The notes: a model not told the origin generated them from the letters alone. A stretch of DNA of 64,000 nt from Candidatus Saccharimonadales bacterium (GCA_046350695.1 JAXLZX010000003.1:2236-66235), one strand, 5' to 3'; shown: positions 26,339 through 35,473, counted from the first letter of the stretch. Numbers and translations: made by a program.

Positions 26339-26475
26339 AACTTTTACTTACATCGGGGGGACTAACAAACCCAAGTATTTGTAAGGCTCTAGAAGACTTG
26401 GTTGGCAAACCTGCTAAAGAAACCAAAATTGGTTTTATCCCAACGACTGATAAATTTAATTGGTTAAAATCTTAG
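26335..26475 (+). pseudogene. N-terminal fragment of a peptidase S51 (PepE-like) gene
   Basis: VKLLLTSGGLTNPSICKALEDLVGKPAKETKIGFIPTT matches the family N-terminus, and a stop follows after 46 aa. GTGA overlaps the upstream stop. Confidence 0.5.
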
Positions 26476-26482
26476 TTCAAGT

Positions 26483-27060
26483 ATGATTGATTGGCAAGTA
26501 TACACAGCGTTTGGCACACGGGTATCGCAAAAAGGAACAAATCACGACAGTGCATTCTCTAACGGTACGCCTCATGGTGCATCACATATATGGATTTGGA
26601 AAAGAGAAAATGACCAAATCTATCTTCTATTTCAAGTAAGCTCTAGGAATGTCTCCTATAAGGGGGGATGTTAGATATATCAGCAGCAGGACACGTTGAT
26701 TTAGGCGAGACTGAGTTAGAAGCAGCAAAACGAGAGACGGCAGAAGAATTGGGTGTCCAGTTGAAAGATGATGATTTATATTTTGCTGGTGTCGAACACT
26801 ATCAACGAAAGACTGAAGACAGTCATAAGGATGAGTTTAGATTTGTTTACACAGTTGAATATCACGATGGAATGGAGTTCGTATTCCCAGACGGTGAAGT
26901 GGATGGAGTTGAATGGATTGAAGCAAGCTCTCCAGTAGAAATACTCAGTCGGGGTGACTTTACTGAGCGATTTGTGCAACACACAGAACACTACTTCAAT
27001 ATAGTGTTTTCAGGTATTAGTGGGCAGTCTTTAGTTGGTACAAATCACGACATTGTATAA
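26483..27060 (+). pseudogene. Nudix hydrolase gene split by a -1 shift in a G6 run
   Basis: ORF 26483-26674 (...LFQVSSRNVSYKGG) and ORF 26668-27060 (MLDISAAGHVDLGETELEAAKRETAEELGV, the Nudix box) join into one protein if the run at 26662-26667 were G7. The join mirrors the paralogue 12029-12445 (...RRSKNVSVPGLWNHSAAGHVD). Confidence 0.6.
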
Positions 27061-27069
27061 TAGGTTTTT

Positions 27070-27095
27070 TAACAGGGGTGGGCGAAAATAACATA
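27070..27095 (+). repeat. 26-nt perfect direct repeat, copy 2
   Basis: Identical to 23979-24004. Confidence 0.8.
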
Positions 27096-27443
27096 TCACG
27101 ATATATGGCAGGTCAGGGCTTTGACGGTCCAACTGTCTATAAACAGAGCAAAGTAGCAGGCGATACTGGACCAGGTTACACTGAAATAAGTAAGAACGAC
27201 AAAGTGCTAGTCTACAAAGACATTAATAATTATCCTGTAAAAGCTAGTAGTGATGGCGAGGGCTGTAGCCCAATAACGCAAGCACAAGCAGACGAGGCTA
27301 ATGCTTTTGCAAACTTCTTTCATCTTGCCGTAAATTATTCTAATGACAAAGTAAAAGGTGTAAATGGGCAGTTTGACGCTCGTAAGGGTGACTATACCAC
27401 TGTAAGAGAGCAACTCATAGATACTTTGAACACCATAAAATAA
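27078..27443 (+). CDS. hypothetical protein (start uncertain: GTG 27078 inside the repeat, or ATG 27106)
   Basis: ORF of 112-121 aa. No family recognised and no clear SD. Confidence 0.35.
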   Translation: MGENNISRYMAGQGFDGPTVYKQSKVAGDTGPGYTEISKNDKVLVYKDINNYPVKASSDGEGCSPITQAQADEANAFANFFHLAVNYSNDKVKGVNGQFDARKGDYTTVREQLIDTLNTIK

Positions 27444-27735
27444 TCTATGTCGGTAAAATAACATACAACTTTTAGTCAAATCTTCCACTTGGTCATTTCG
27501 TCAAGACCGAACATGGGTAATTAATTATAGCTGTGTAATTCAAGTTTCATTTAGTTAGCTTTTTAGATTCCGCAGAGCTTGAGATACACCTGTTTGCGCT
27601 GGTACGTCTAGTATCACGACTATTTAATTATATTTAGAATTTGCTGTCAGTTCAATTTTGCTCTGTTGATATTATTGTAACGAGCAGCCTTAAGTTATAT
27701 TTGCGGCATACTTAATTCAACCATACTTATGTATG

Positions 27736-28194
27736 TTAAATTAAGCTGTCAATGGATTCATGTAAGTTATATAGCCACCATATTATGTATATACAAATTC
27801 CAACACCTATGTAGTCCATAGCGAATAAATTTGTAACACCCTCACCGACCATCAACATTCCGGTTAGTATTACTGTCCATTTTGCGATTATTACATTACT
27901 GGTATTCAATAGAATAAACCCTACAGTAATCAGTATTAAGAATCCGACTAACTTGATAAAATCTTGGTAATGCACTGTTTCGGTAACAATACCCATTGAT
28001 TTAGCGATATATGCTTTAAAGAACTGAGTGTAGATTATTCCTACTACAGATAGACCGATAATGATATATGCAATTTTCTTTAAATCAGGCACTCGTTCTG
28101 CGATCTTCTTTTTTCTTTCAATTTCTTGGGTGGCTAAAAGTAGAGAAACATCAGGATTGTAGTACTTGTTTTGGTTTTGATTTTTGTCATCCAC
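27736..28194 (-). CDS. integral membrane protein (4 TM), unknown function
   Basis: 152 aa with four hydrophobic helices. Confidence 0.45.
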   Translation of the reverse strand: MDDKNQNQNKYYNPDVSLLLATQEIERKKKIAERVPDLKKIAYIIIGLSVVGIIYTQFFKAYIAKSMGIVTETVHYQDFIKLVGFLILITVGFILLNTSNVIIAKWTVILTGMLMVGEGVTNLFAMDYIGVGICIYIIWWLYNLHESIDSLI

Positions 28195-28262
28195 AGAACT
28201 ATTTTACCAGACAATAAGTAATATGATTTTCCATTACCTAGAATTTAACTATAATATTAACA

Positions 28263-28772
28263 ATGGCAGGGTGGAAAGGGCATATTGTTGGAGCGGTAGC
28301 AGTAAATACAGTTTATATTGCCGGAATACAGTTTGCACCAGGCAACACATTTGCGACAACAGACGTACTACTTGCGGACTGGCAGTTTATAACGGCATTA
28401 TATGTAGTTGCTATTTTATTTGGGCTTTGGCCTGATGTAGATACCAACAGCAAAGGACAGGACATATTTATTGGAACGGCATTTATTGCCGACATCCTTC
28501 TTATTTTGAGTGGACGATTCGAGGCAGCAGCATACTTAGGTCTTGTAGCGATGACGCCAATTGTTGGTAAACATAGGGGTTGGACACACAGTAAATGGGC
28601 GATGCTTATTGTTCCTTTGCCACTCTTTCTTTTGCCATATTTTAATAATTTGAATTATCCCTCAGTGCCGTTTCTTATATACTGGGCAGCGGTTGGCGGT
28701 TACTTTAGTCATTTATTGCTCGACGGTAGAATAACTAAAAAAATAAGAGTTAAATCGAAACAATCCTGGTAG
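28263..28772 (+). CDS. membrane-bound metal-dependent hydrolase (YdjM/DUF457-like)
   Basis: Starts MAGWKGHIVGA. Multiple TM helices with conserved His and Asp (HRGWTHS, HLLLDG). Confidence 0.5.
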   Translation: MAGWKGHIVGAVAVNTVYIAGIQFAPGNTFATTDVLLADWQFITALYVVAILFGLWPDVDTNSKGQDIFIGTAFIADILLILSGRFEAAAYLGLVAMTPIVGKHRGWTHSKWAMLIVPLPLFLLPYFNNLNYPSVPFLIYWAAVGGYFSHLLLDGRITKKIRVKSKQSW

Positions 28773-28775
28773 TCT

Positions 28776-30380
28776 CTACTGTGTTTTATCGACTCTATAT
28801 TTTACTGTTATATACGCGATCGTTAAGATTGCTACGACAATACAACAGTACAAAATCCATTCGCCAAATATTGTATAAAGTGTTTTGGAGTTATTTTTAT
28901 AGAACGAAAAGTCTGTAAATTTTGAATCAATATTACCTGGTCTTACAATATAATCACCATTATTATCTAGTACAAATGCCGGTGCACCTCTCGATGCCTG
29001 AATATAAGTTCTTTGATTTGCGATTGAATGGAATCGTGCCATAGATAATGATTGTTCGAAGTAAGCTTTTGACTGATTAAAAATTACTAATGAGGCACTA
29101 TTTGTGAGAACCTCTGCACCATCATTAACTAGCTTTCTATAATCGTTCCTGCTGAGTATTCCCGAGCATGCCACAGGTCCGATTACTAATTTATCTGACA
29201 CGTGTGTTTTTACAGCCAATCCTTTTGACAGTTTCCTAGTTAGATTAAAATTGTCTACATACTTTGATTTACCGATGACAGCGTATATAGCGCTAACAAC
29301 ATTTGGCATATATTCACCGGTGGGTATAAGTAATTTTTTAGTTTGACTTTCCCTAACGATTCCAGAGCCATCTCGGAATCTAAGGGTACCATATCGTTGT
29401 GATTTCTCACCACCGTCTACATCAACACTGATGCCGTTGTCTGAAAGCCGATTATTCACAAATTTTTGGACAGTACGACCGTTACCTTTATTAAAGAGTT
29501 CAGAATATTCGGTCAACACGATCAGGTCTTTCGGATTGGGATTTTCATTTTCTATCCAATTTTCTTCAAAATAGTTATCATTCTGAGCCGTACTGCTCTG
29601 TACACTGCCCCATCTAAGGTCTGTTTGGTTATTTTGGGTATGTGAAGTAAAATAACCAAGACCAATCAATAATATGAAAATAGATCCATATAATACTAAT
29701 TGTTGATATGATTTATAAAAAATAACAGAAGTAAGCATTACGGATAAACTTATAACAATAAAGCTCAATCCATACATTCCAATGAATTGACTTAATTTCG
29801 AGAGAGGGGATTGCATGACCGAAAGTCCAAGGCTGCCAAAATTCCAATAGTCGCCTATACTCCCTCCTTTTCCATATGCATAAATCGAAAAAACTATACT
29901 TCTGAAATATTCACATACAACCCAAATGATAGGCAGTAATATTATACTTACTCTCCTGTCGTTAAAATTGAGTTTACACAAATAAATAAAAATTCCTACC
30001 CACAACATGGGAACTGTAATAATCAATGAAGTCAAACAAAGTATAAAGCCAGATGCAAATATTGCTGTTTTTTCAGATATACCTGTAAGCCCATGGATGT
30101 TAGCATTGAGAAACCAAACGTAAACACTAGAATGGAAGGCTACATAAAATAATAAAGCCGATAAAATATGTTGTTTTAATGTTTGTATTTCTGATAAAAA
30201 AATTAAGCAATAAATGAATGGAATCAATAATACGGGCAGCAAGTAACTAGGGATAATTCCGCTAAATGTACAGCCTGAAAGTAACCCACTTAGAATTAAT
30301 GTATAGTTAGCTATGGATTTTCTATTTAATAACGAATCAAAGTTTACGCGTCGCTCTTTTTTATATTCACTGTGCGACAT
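28776..30380 (-). CDS. lnt: apolipoprotein N-acyltransferase-like protein (Lnt; polytopic N-domain + CN-hydrolase domain)
   Basis: 534 aa with about 7-8 TM helices, then a periplasmic-type domain with candidate Glu (VLTEYSE) and Cys (GPVACSG) residues, and a final TM helix. Confidence 0.6.
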   Translation of the reverse strand: MSHSEYKKERRVNFDSLLNRKSIANYTLILSGLLSGCTFSGIIPSYLLPVLLIPFIYCLIFLSEIQTLKQHILSALLFYVAFHSSVYVWFLNANIHGLTGISEKTAIFASGFILCLTSLIITVPMLWVGIFIYLCKLNFNDRRVSIILLPIIWVVCEYFRSIVFSIYAYGKGGSIGDYWNFGSLGLSVMQSPLSKLSQFIGMYGLSFIVISLSVMLTSVIFYKSYQQLVLYGSIFILLIGLGYFTSHTQNNQTDLRWGSVQSSTAQNDNYFEENWIENENPNPKDLIVLTEYSELFNKGNGRTVQKFVNNRLSDNGISVDVDGGEKSQRYGTLRFRDGSGIVRESQTKKLLIPTGEYMPNVVSAIYAVIGKSKYVDNFNLTRKLSKGLAVKTHVSDKLVIGPVACSGILSRNDYRKLVNDGAEVLTNSASLVIFNQSKAYFEQSLSMARFHSIANQRTYIQASRGAPAFVLDNNGDYIVRPGNIDSKFTDFSFYKNNSKTLYTIFGEWILYCCIVVAILTIAYITVKYRVDKTQ

Positions 30381-30390
30381 TGATTAATTG

Positions 30391-31548
30391 TTAGTTACAT
30401 CTTGGATATCTTGCGAAAATAGCAACATGAAAATTCTTGCCATCACTGGTTCTCGTCCAGACTCCGTGACCAACACAATTCGCTCTGCTATCTAGGATGT
30501 TTGCTCTGTGACCGGGGCTCTTCATGTAAGCTGCTTCAAGTCCCTGTACTGAGCCTGGGTGCATTCCTACATTTTCGGCACCTAGTGTCCAATATCCAAG
30601 CGATAATCCACACTCATTGAGTTTTGCGGTCATGGTTGCAGGAAGAGTATGAAAAATATTGCCTGCATCCATCATTTCTTTTGCATGATTCTGGGCGACA
30701 GTATTTAAACAATTACTTCGCGTTAAAAGAGCCCTACCGTTTAAGCCCCTATCCCAGTTTGTCCAATCAGCCATTTGGTCTGCATAACTATTATTTTGTG
30801 ATCCAATTGCGGATGTAGGGGCTGCAGCAGCCTGGACTTTGGGGAGAAGCACACTAGCTATATTTTCTTGAATAGCTGGAACGTATGCTGAGTATTTTTT
30901 CTTTTTTTTGGGTATAGAAATAGTTTTCAAATTTGATCGCTGACTAGTCTGTCGTACTTCTTGGCTACATACTTTCGAAAGTATTTTTTCTACTTTGTCG
31001 GCTGAGTTGGCCTTTGGCTTTGCTTTTGAATGCAGAGTTGTATTTGACTTATTTTTGGCGGTGAACATAACCCTATCTATGTTACCAACAGACGCTTCAT
31101 CACTGTTTTCGCTAACCTGATTCTTCTGTTTATTGTAATTAGTTTTCTCTAGTTCCTTTATTATTTTAGAGTATTTTGACTTATCGAGTGTGGTTGTTTT
31201 TGCGGTACCTACTGAATTGCCATCATCACAGATAACCGTGCCATCTGCGGTGACAACTTTATAGTTTGAGAATGATTCGTATGCAATAGTGTTTTTTGCT
31301 TGGTCTCTGGTGAGAGTCGTGGGCTTATAACTATAAACTCCCGCTACAATATCAGAAGAACGCAAGTCAATTTCGATAGTGTTTGCTGCATTAGCCCCGA
31401 TTAGTAAAAACACTCCAATAACTCCGAATGCTGCCATGGTTAGAATTAACGCTTTGTGTTTATTGACGAAAGTGAAGTTTTTGGGCTTTTTTCGAGTCAT
31501 CTTTAAAGCTTTTGTAGTAGACTTAGTTTTTGATATTTTTGTTGCCAT
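30391..31548 (-). CDS. secreted or anchored CAP/SCP-domain protein
   Basis: N-terminal TM/signal segment. The C-terminal CAP domain carries AQNHAKEMMDAG...SPGHRANILDSRANCVGHGV. Confidence 0.65.
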   Translation of the reverse strand: MATKISKTKSTTKALKMTRKKPKNFTFVNKHKALILTMAAFGVIGVFLLIGANAANTIEIDLRSSDIVAGVYSYKPTTLTRDQAKNTIAYESFSNYKVVTADGTVICDDGNSVGTAKTTTLDKSKYSKIIKELEKTNYNKQKNQVSENSDEASVGNIDRVMFTAKNKSNTTLHSKAKPKANSADKVEKILSKVCSQEVRQTSQRSNLKTISIPKKKKKYSAYVPAIQENIASVLLPKVQAAAAPTSAIGSQNNSYADQMADWTNWDRGLNGRALLTRSNCLNTVAQNHAKEMMDAGNIFHTLPATMTAKLNECGLSLGYWTLGAENVGMHPGSVQGLEAAYMKSPGHRANILDSRANCVGHGVWTRTSDGKNFHVAIFARYPRCN

Positions 31549-32102
31549 TTTGTTTTATTCCTTGATGTTTTACTATGTGCTCATGGTAGTATAGTAGTCT
31601 TTATTTGTAAAATAGCAATGTTTTTCTTATCAAAGAAAGTCATACTCGTTTGATATTATTTGATATTATATGAATATAATGAGCAATTTTAGTGCGAAGA
31701 TTATAGGTAAAGTGCATAGAATCGGTACCTTCGTACGTGCGGGTAAACCGAATGTAAATTACTCAAGTCTGTCTATTTGGACGGCAGCCATTGCAGCATT
31801 TCCAGTTAGCATTGCTGGAATCGACGCAAATAGTAAGGCAGGGAACTCTTGGTAAATACAGATGGTAGTCCAACTTCATCACTTACTTCAGCTCATAGTC
31901 AGGCAGTGGCCGTGCCAACCAATATAGTAATTAATAAATACATCCCTGCAGGAACAAAACATTACGGCGTTTTGAATAAGTAAGTGACGAAAATTAATCC
32001 TACATAATACTGTTTATTTCATTATTGCAATAGATAAAATTTTGTTGTGATTATAGAAATTGTTTATATTGATTATGCTTATTAATTGGTATAATTGAGT
32101 AA

Positions 32103-32744
32103 ATGGAAAAACTTGGACATAATGACGGTAAACAAGTTGGATCTTTTAAGGAGTTTATTGTTCCGTCAATAAATGAGCTGATACTTTACTGTACAATTTC
32201 TGTTACGTTTCTATTAGTCTTTAACTACTCAATTATTTGGAGTTTTTTAAATAATTTTTCTGGTATTAGCATCTCAGAATCGAATGAAGCTATAAGTACT
32301 CAACTTAATGAGCTCTACCAGTTTAATTTTGCATCAGATTTCTTTGCAAAAGTAGCCGTGTTTGTTTTCTGGGGTATGGTCGGTTCGGTTACCTATATGT
32401 TAGTTTGGGCATTATGGCATTTTATACTTAGGTTAAAGGAAGACGTTGAAGACGGTGAACGCGCTAAAAATAAGTCAACCTTTTGGCAGTCAACATTTGC
32501 TAAGCATACGATAGTATTTATCAGCACGCTAGCTGGAATACTTTATGTCATGATTGCTTTTTATTTGTTTCCAACAGTTATGTCGTTGAGCAGAATGACT
32601 CTTTACCATATAAATGACATGGGATATTATGCGTATTTTTTGTCCGCCTTATTGATAATAGTTGTCTATATGTATATTTTTCCTCGTTTATGGCAAACAA
32701 TCAAATACATTTACGAGATTTATTTTGCTGGGCTTGACGATTAG
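32103..32744 (+). CDS. integral membrane protein, unknown function
   Basis: 213 aa with 4-5 TM helices. Confidence 0.4.
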   Translation: MEKLGHNDGKQVGSFKEFIVPSINELILYCTISVTFLLVFNYSIIWSFLNNFSGISISESNEAISTQLNELYQFNFASDFFAKVAVFVFWGMVGSVTYMLVWALWHFILRLKEDVEDGERAKNKSTFWQSTFAKHTIVFISTLAGILYVMIAFYLFPTVMSLSRMTLYHINDMGYYAYFLSALLIIVVYMYIFPRLWQTIKYIYEIYFAGLDD

Positions 32745-32776
32745 ACTTTGTTTAAAAGTAGGGTTAGAGTAAGTTT

Positions 32777-33430
32777 ATGGTTCAGGTTCTGCTGTCTATT
32801 ATCTCAATAGGTATAATTGTGATAATCTCGGAACTATTGCTTTACGAGAAGCTTTTTCACGGAGAGTTAGCAAGAAAATTTGTTCATATTTCTACTGGAT
32901 TAGTTATTGCCAGTTGGGCATTTTATTTAAGTATAGGCCAAATCCAGTTCATTAGTTTAGTTCTACTGGTAGGCGTCATACTGTCTAAGTATTTCAATAT
33001 CTTCAAATCAGTCCACGGGGTTAAGAGAAAGACGTGGGGAGAGGCATTTTTTGCTATTGGAATAGGGTTAGTTGCTACCTTTGCTCCAAATGCATGGGTC
33101 TATGCAATTGCAATATTACACATGAGTTTGGCTGATGGAATAGCAGCTATTATAGGTTCGGCACACGGTAGGACCACATCCTATGAGGTTTTTGGCCATA
33201 AAAAAAGTATAATAGGCAGTCTGGCTTTTTATATAACGTCAGTCGTCATTACTCTTACTTTTGTGATCTTGAGCCCCTCAGGTACATTCGAAAATATTGG
33301 GCTTATACTTTTCTTGGTACCACTCACGACCACAATTACAGAAAATATTGCATACAATGGCGTTGATAATGTGGTTGTTCCTATGGCTGTCCTGGGTGTT
33401 ATACAGATGATAAGCAAAATATCAGTCTAG
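32777..33430 (+). CDS. polyprenol/dolichol-kinase-like membrane protein (CTP_transf_1 superfamily)
   Basis: 217 aa, polytopic. Patterns RKFVHISTG and SLADGIAAIIG are typical of this superfamily. Confidence 0.45.
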   Translation: MVQVLLSIISIGIIVIISELLLYEKLFHGELARKFVHISTGLVIASWAFYLSIGQIQFISLVLLVGVILSKYFNIFKSVHGVKRKTWGEAFFAIGIGLVATFAPNAWVYAIAILHMSLADGIAAIIGSAHGRTTSYEVFGHKKSIIGSLAFYITSVVITLTFVILSPSGTFENIGLILFLVPLTTTITENIAYNGVDNVVVPMAVLGVIQMISKISV

Positions 33431-35292
33431 GAAATCTGCGCCTGAAGCGCTGCATTTGATTTCTTGGTACCGTGAGCCCGAAGAGCATAGATGATAACTG
33501 TTATATCAACTAGTTCCTGAATAGCAGCACCCTGAACTGCCTTAAATTTACCCGTGGCAAAAATGAGCATTAAGCCTACGCTAATGGATATTCCGATGAA
33601 AATAGCTTGGCGAGCAACCTTAAACGTTTGTTTGGCGATTCCTACGCTTGTTGCAACACGCGACACATCATCTTGTAGTATTACTACGTCAGCGGCTTCG
33701 CTAGCGGCAGTTGAGCCTCTGGCCCCTAGTGCTATTCCTACATCAGCAGCCGTTAGTACGGGCGCGTCATTCACTCCGTCGCCTACAAATGCCACTGGCT
33801 TATTTTTAACACCTTCAACAATATGTATTTTATCGCCTGGAAGGCAGTTAGCTAAAACTTCTTCAATGCCAACATCTTTGGCAATTTTTTCGGCAGTTGC
33901 TTTGTTGTCACCGGTAACCATAAGAGTATACTTAACTCCAAACTTCTTTAAAGCCCTCAACATCGATTTGCTTTCTTTGCGGACCTGGTCGGTAAACGTA
34001 ATATACCCGGCAAACTCATTATTTATAGCGATAAATGTGGCTGTTTGACCAATGTTTTTAGGTGTAATATTGCTTGGAATTTCTATGCCATTTTCTTCAA
34101 GCATGCTTAGTCGGCCCAGTAAAACAGTTTTGCCGTTTACGTTTCCTTGAATGCCGTTACCGGCAAACTCATTAACCTTTTTAGTTTTGGCTATTTTAAC
34201 TTTTTTTTCTAAGGCAAACTTGGATATGGAGCTTGATAGTGTATGGGTGGAGTTAGTCGAAAGCGCTGCTGCGTGTGCCAAAATCTGATCCTTTTTGAAT
34301 AAACCACTTGAGACGATTTTATCTATCTTGGGGATTCCGACTGTAAGTGTCCCGGTTTTATCGAAGGCGATTGTTTTGGTTTCGGCAAGAACCTCTAAAC
34401 TGGTTCCATTTTTAACAATAATCCCATGTTTAGCCGAACGACTCATTCCGGAAACTAGTGCTATAGGTGCACCTAGTAATAATGGGCAAGGTGTCGCTAC
34501 CACAATTACTTCAAGGAATCTAACCGGATCTCCCGATAAAACCCAAGCCGTGCCAGCAATCATGAAGGCAATTGCAGTAAAGGGGATGCTATATCGATCG
34601 GCAAGGCGTACGAATGGCGATTGACTATTTGCAGCTGATTTTACCAATTTAATTATTTGCTGGTACTGGCTATCTTCTGCATTGTGTAGTGCGCGAATCA
34701 CTACCCTTCCCTCGGTATTTACTGACCCGCTAAGGATATTATCGCCTTCTGATTTTTCGACAGGTAAACTTTCTCCAGTTAGGCTGGATTCGTCAAAACT
34801 ACTTTTACCTTCCAGAATTTCACCATCCACTGGGACTACCTCGCCTGGCAAAACGACAACCCTGTCGCCAACATTTATCTCAGCAGCTTTTATGTCGATA
34901 GTTTTATTCCCCTTAATAATATGAGCACTTGTGGGTTTATTCTCCATGAGCGAGGTAAGCTCGGTTTTCGCTCTACCAGCTGCGTAATCCTCGAGCGCCT
35001 CTCCACCGGTGAGCATCAAAACAATCACCATTCCAGCCCAGTATTCACCGAGGGCTACTGATGTGACAATTGCGGTGATTGCGAGTAAATCAACACCAAA
35101 CATTCCTGATCTTAATGTCTGAATCATGCCCCATACCAGTGGCAATGTCGCTATGATTGAACTTACACCAAGCACCCAATGTGCCGCGGTGTCATAACCG
35201 GACAGATCTAGGGCGAGGCCAGTAACGAATACTAGCACCACGAAAGAAAGTGCAGTGTAGTCTTTAACAAATCTTATTAATTTTTTAAACAT
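33427..35292 (-). CDS. heavy-metal P1B-type ATPase with TPCP transmembrane motif, no N-terminal metal-binding domain
   Basis: Motifs DKTGTLT, TGDN, GDGVNDAP and TGES, plus TM motif VVATPCPLLLGAP. The start is set at MFKKLIRF, because the ORF-track start at 35370 runs into the tRNA-Gly promoter. Confidence 0.9.
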   Translation of the reverse strand: MFKKLIRFVKDYTALSFVVLVFVTGLALDLSGYDTAAHWVLGVSSIIATLPLVWGMIQTLRSGMFGVDLLAITAIVTSVALGEYWAGMVIVLMLTGGEALEDYAAGRAKTELTSLMENKPTSAHIIKGNKTIDIKAAEINVGDRVVVLPGEVVPVDGEILEGKSSFDESSLTGESLPVEKSEGDNILSGSVNTEGRVVIRALHNAEDSQYQQIIKLVKSAANSQSPFVRLADRYSIPFTAIAFMIAGTAWVLSGDPVRFLEVIVVATPCPLLLGAPIALVSGMSRSAKHGIIVKNGTSLEVLAETKTIAFDKTGTLTVGIPKIDKIVSSGLFKKDQILAHAAALSTNSTHTLSSSISKFALEKKVKIAKTKKVNEFAGNGIQGNVNGKTVLLGRLSMLEENGIEIPSNITPKNIGQTATFIAINNEFAGYITFTDQVRKESKSMLRALKKFGVKYTLMVTGDNKATAEKIAKDVGIEEVLANCLPGDKIHIVEGVKNKPVAFVGDGVNDAPVLTAADVGIALGARGSTAASEAADVVILQDDVSRVATSVGIAKQTFKVARQAIFIGISISVGLMLIFATGKFKAVQGAAIQELVDITVIIYALRAHGTKKSNAALQAQIS

Positions 35293-35381
35293 TCTCTCTC
35301 CTGTATGTTTATTACGATTTAGTGCTATTATAACAGATATAATCTGGTATAATAGGCAAGTTCCTTCCATTTATGCATTAA

Positions 35382-35456
35382 GCGGGTGTCGTATAACGGT
35401 TAATATACAAGTTTTCCAAACTTGCGATGGCGGTTCGATTCCGCCCACCCGCACCA
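35382..35456 (+). tRNA. tRNA-Gly (anticodon TCC), CCA encoded
   Basis: Acceptor GCGGGTG/CACCCGC, anticodon stem CAAGT/ACTTG with loop TTTCCAA, T arm GGCGG-TTCGATT-CCGCC. TGGTATAAT lies upstream. Confidence 0.85.
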
Positions 35457-35473
35457 CGTCGTAGTACGCTTCA

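Larger units (their letters stand above)
20984..27622. mobile_element. island 1: putative integrative element with intact large serine recombinase, own tRNA-Pro and decaying cargo
   Basis: The boundaries are inferred from CTACTCCT (20984-20991) and GTCTAGTATCACGACTA (27606-27622). Together these reconstruct the contiguous site at 35519-35537. The module order is the same as in island 2. Confidence 0.45.

Noticed and set aside
21002-27650. A 12-13-nt inverted repeat: TGTCAGCAAATT at 21002-21013 and AATTTGCTGTCAG at 27638-27650 (one mismatch).
   Set aside because: One copy lies inside and the other outside the boundaries suggested by the att-like motifs. That orientation is not what attL/attR arms predict, and a chance match in AT-rich DNA cannot be excluded.
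31670-31983. A possible frameshifted gene: the 61-aa ORF 31670-31855 continued in another frame as ...VNTDGSPTSSLTSAHSQAVAVPTNIVINKYIPAGTKHYGVLNK* (to 31983).
   Set aside because: There is no recognisable family, no SD and weak coding appearance. I cannot tell a decayed gene from random open frames.
35293-35370. N-terminal ORF-track extensions that run into RNA genes or terminators. These are the ATPase to 35370, 57439-57498 (overlapping the tRNA-Arg CCA), 47739-47801 (inside a terminator), 60179-60238 (inside a terminator), 7064-7123 (inside the pilA terminator), 37820-37843, 25337-25396 and 48002-48034.
   Set aside because: In each case an internal ATG with a better SD gives a product that starts where the protein family normally starts. 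The extension would overlap a structured element.
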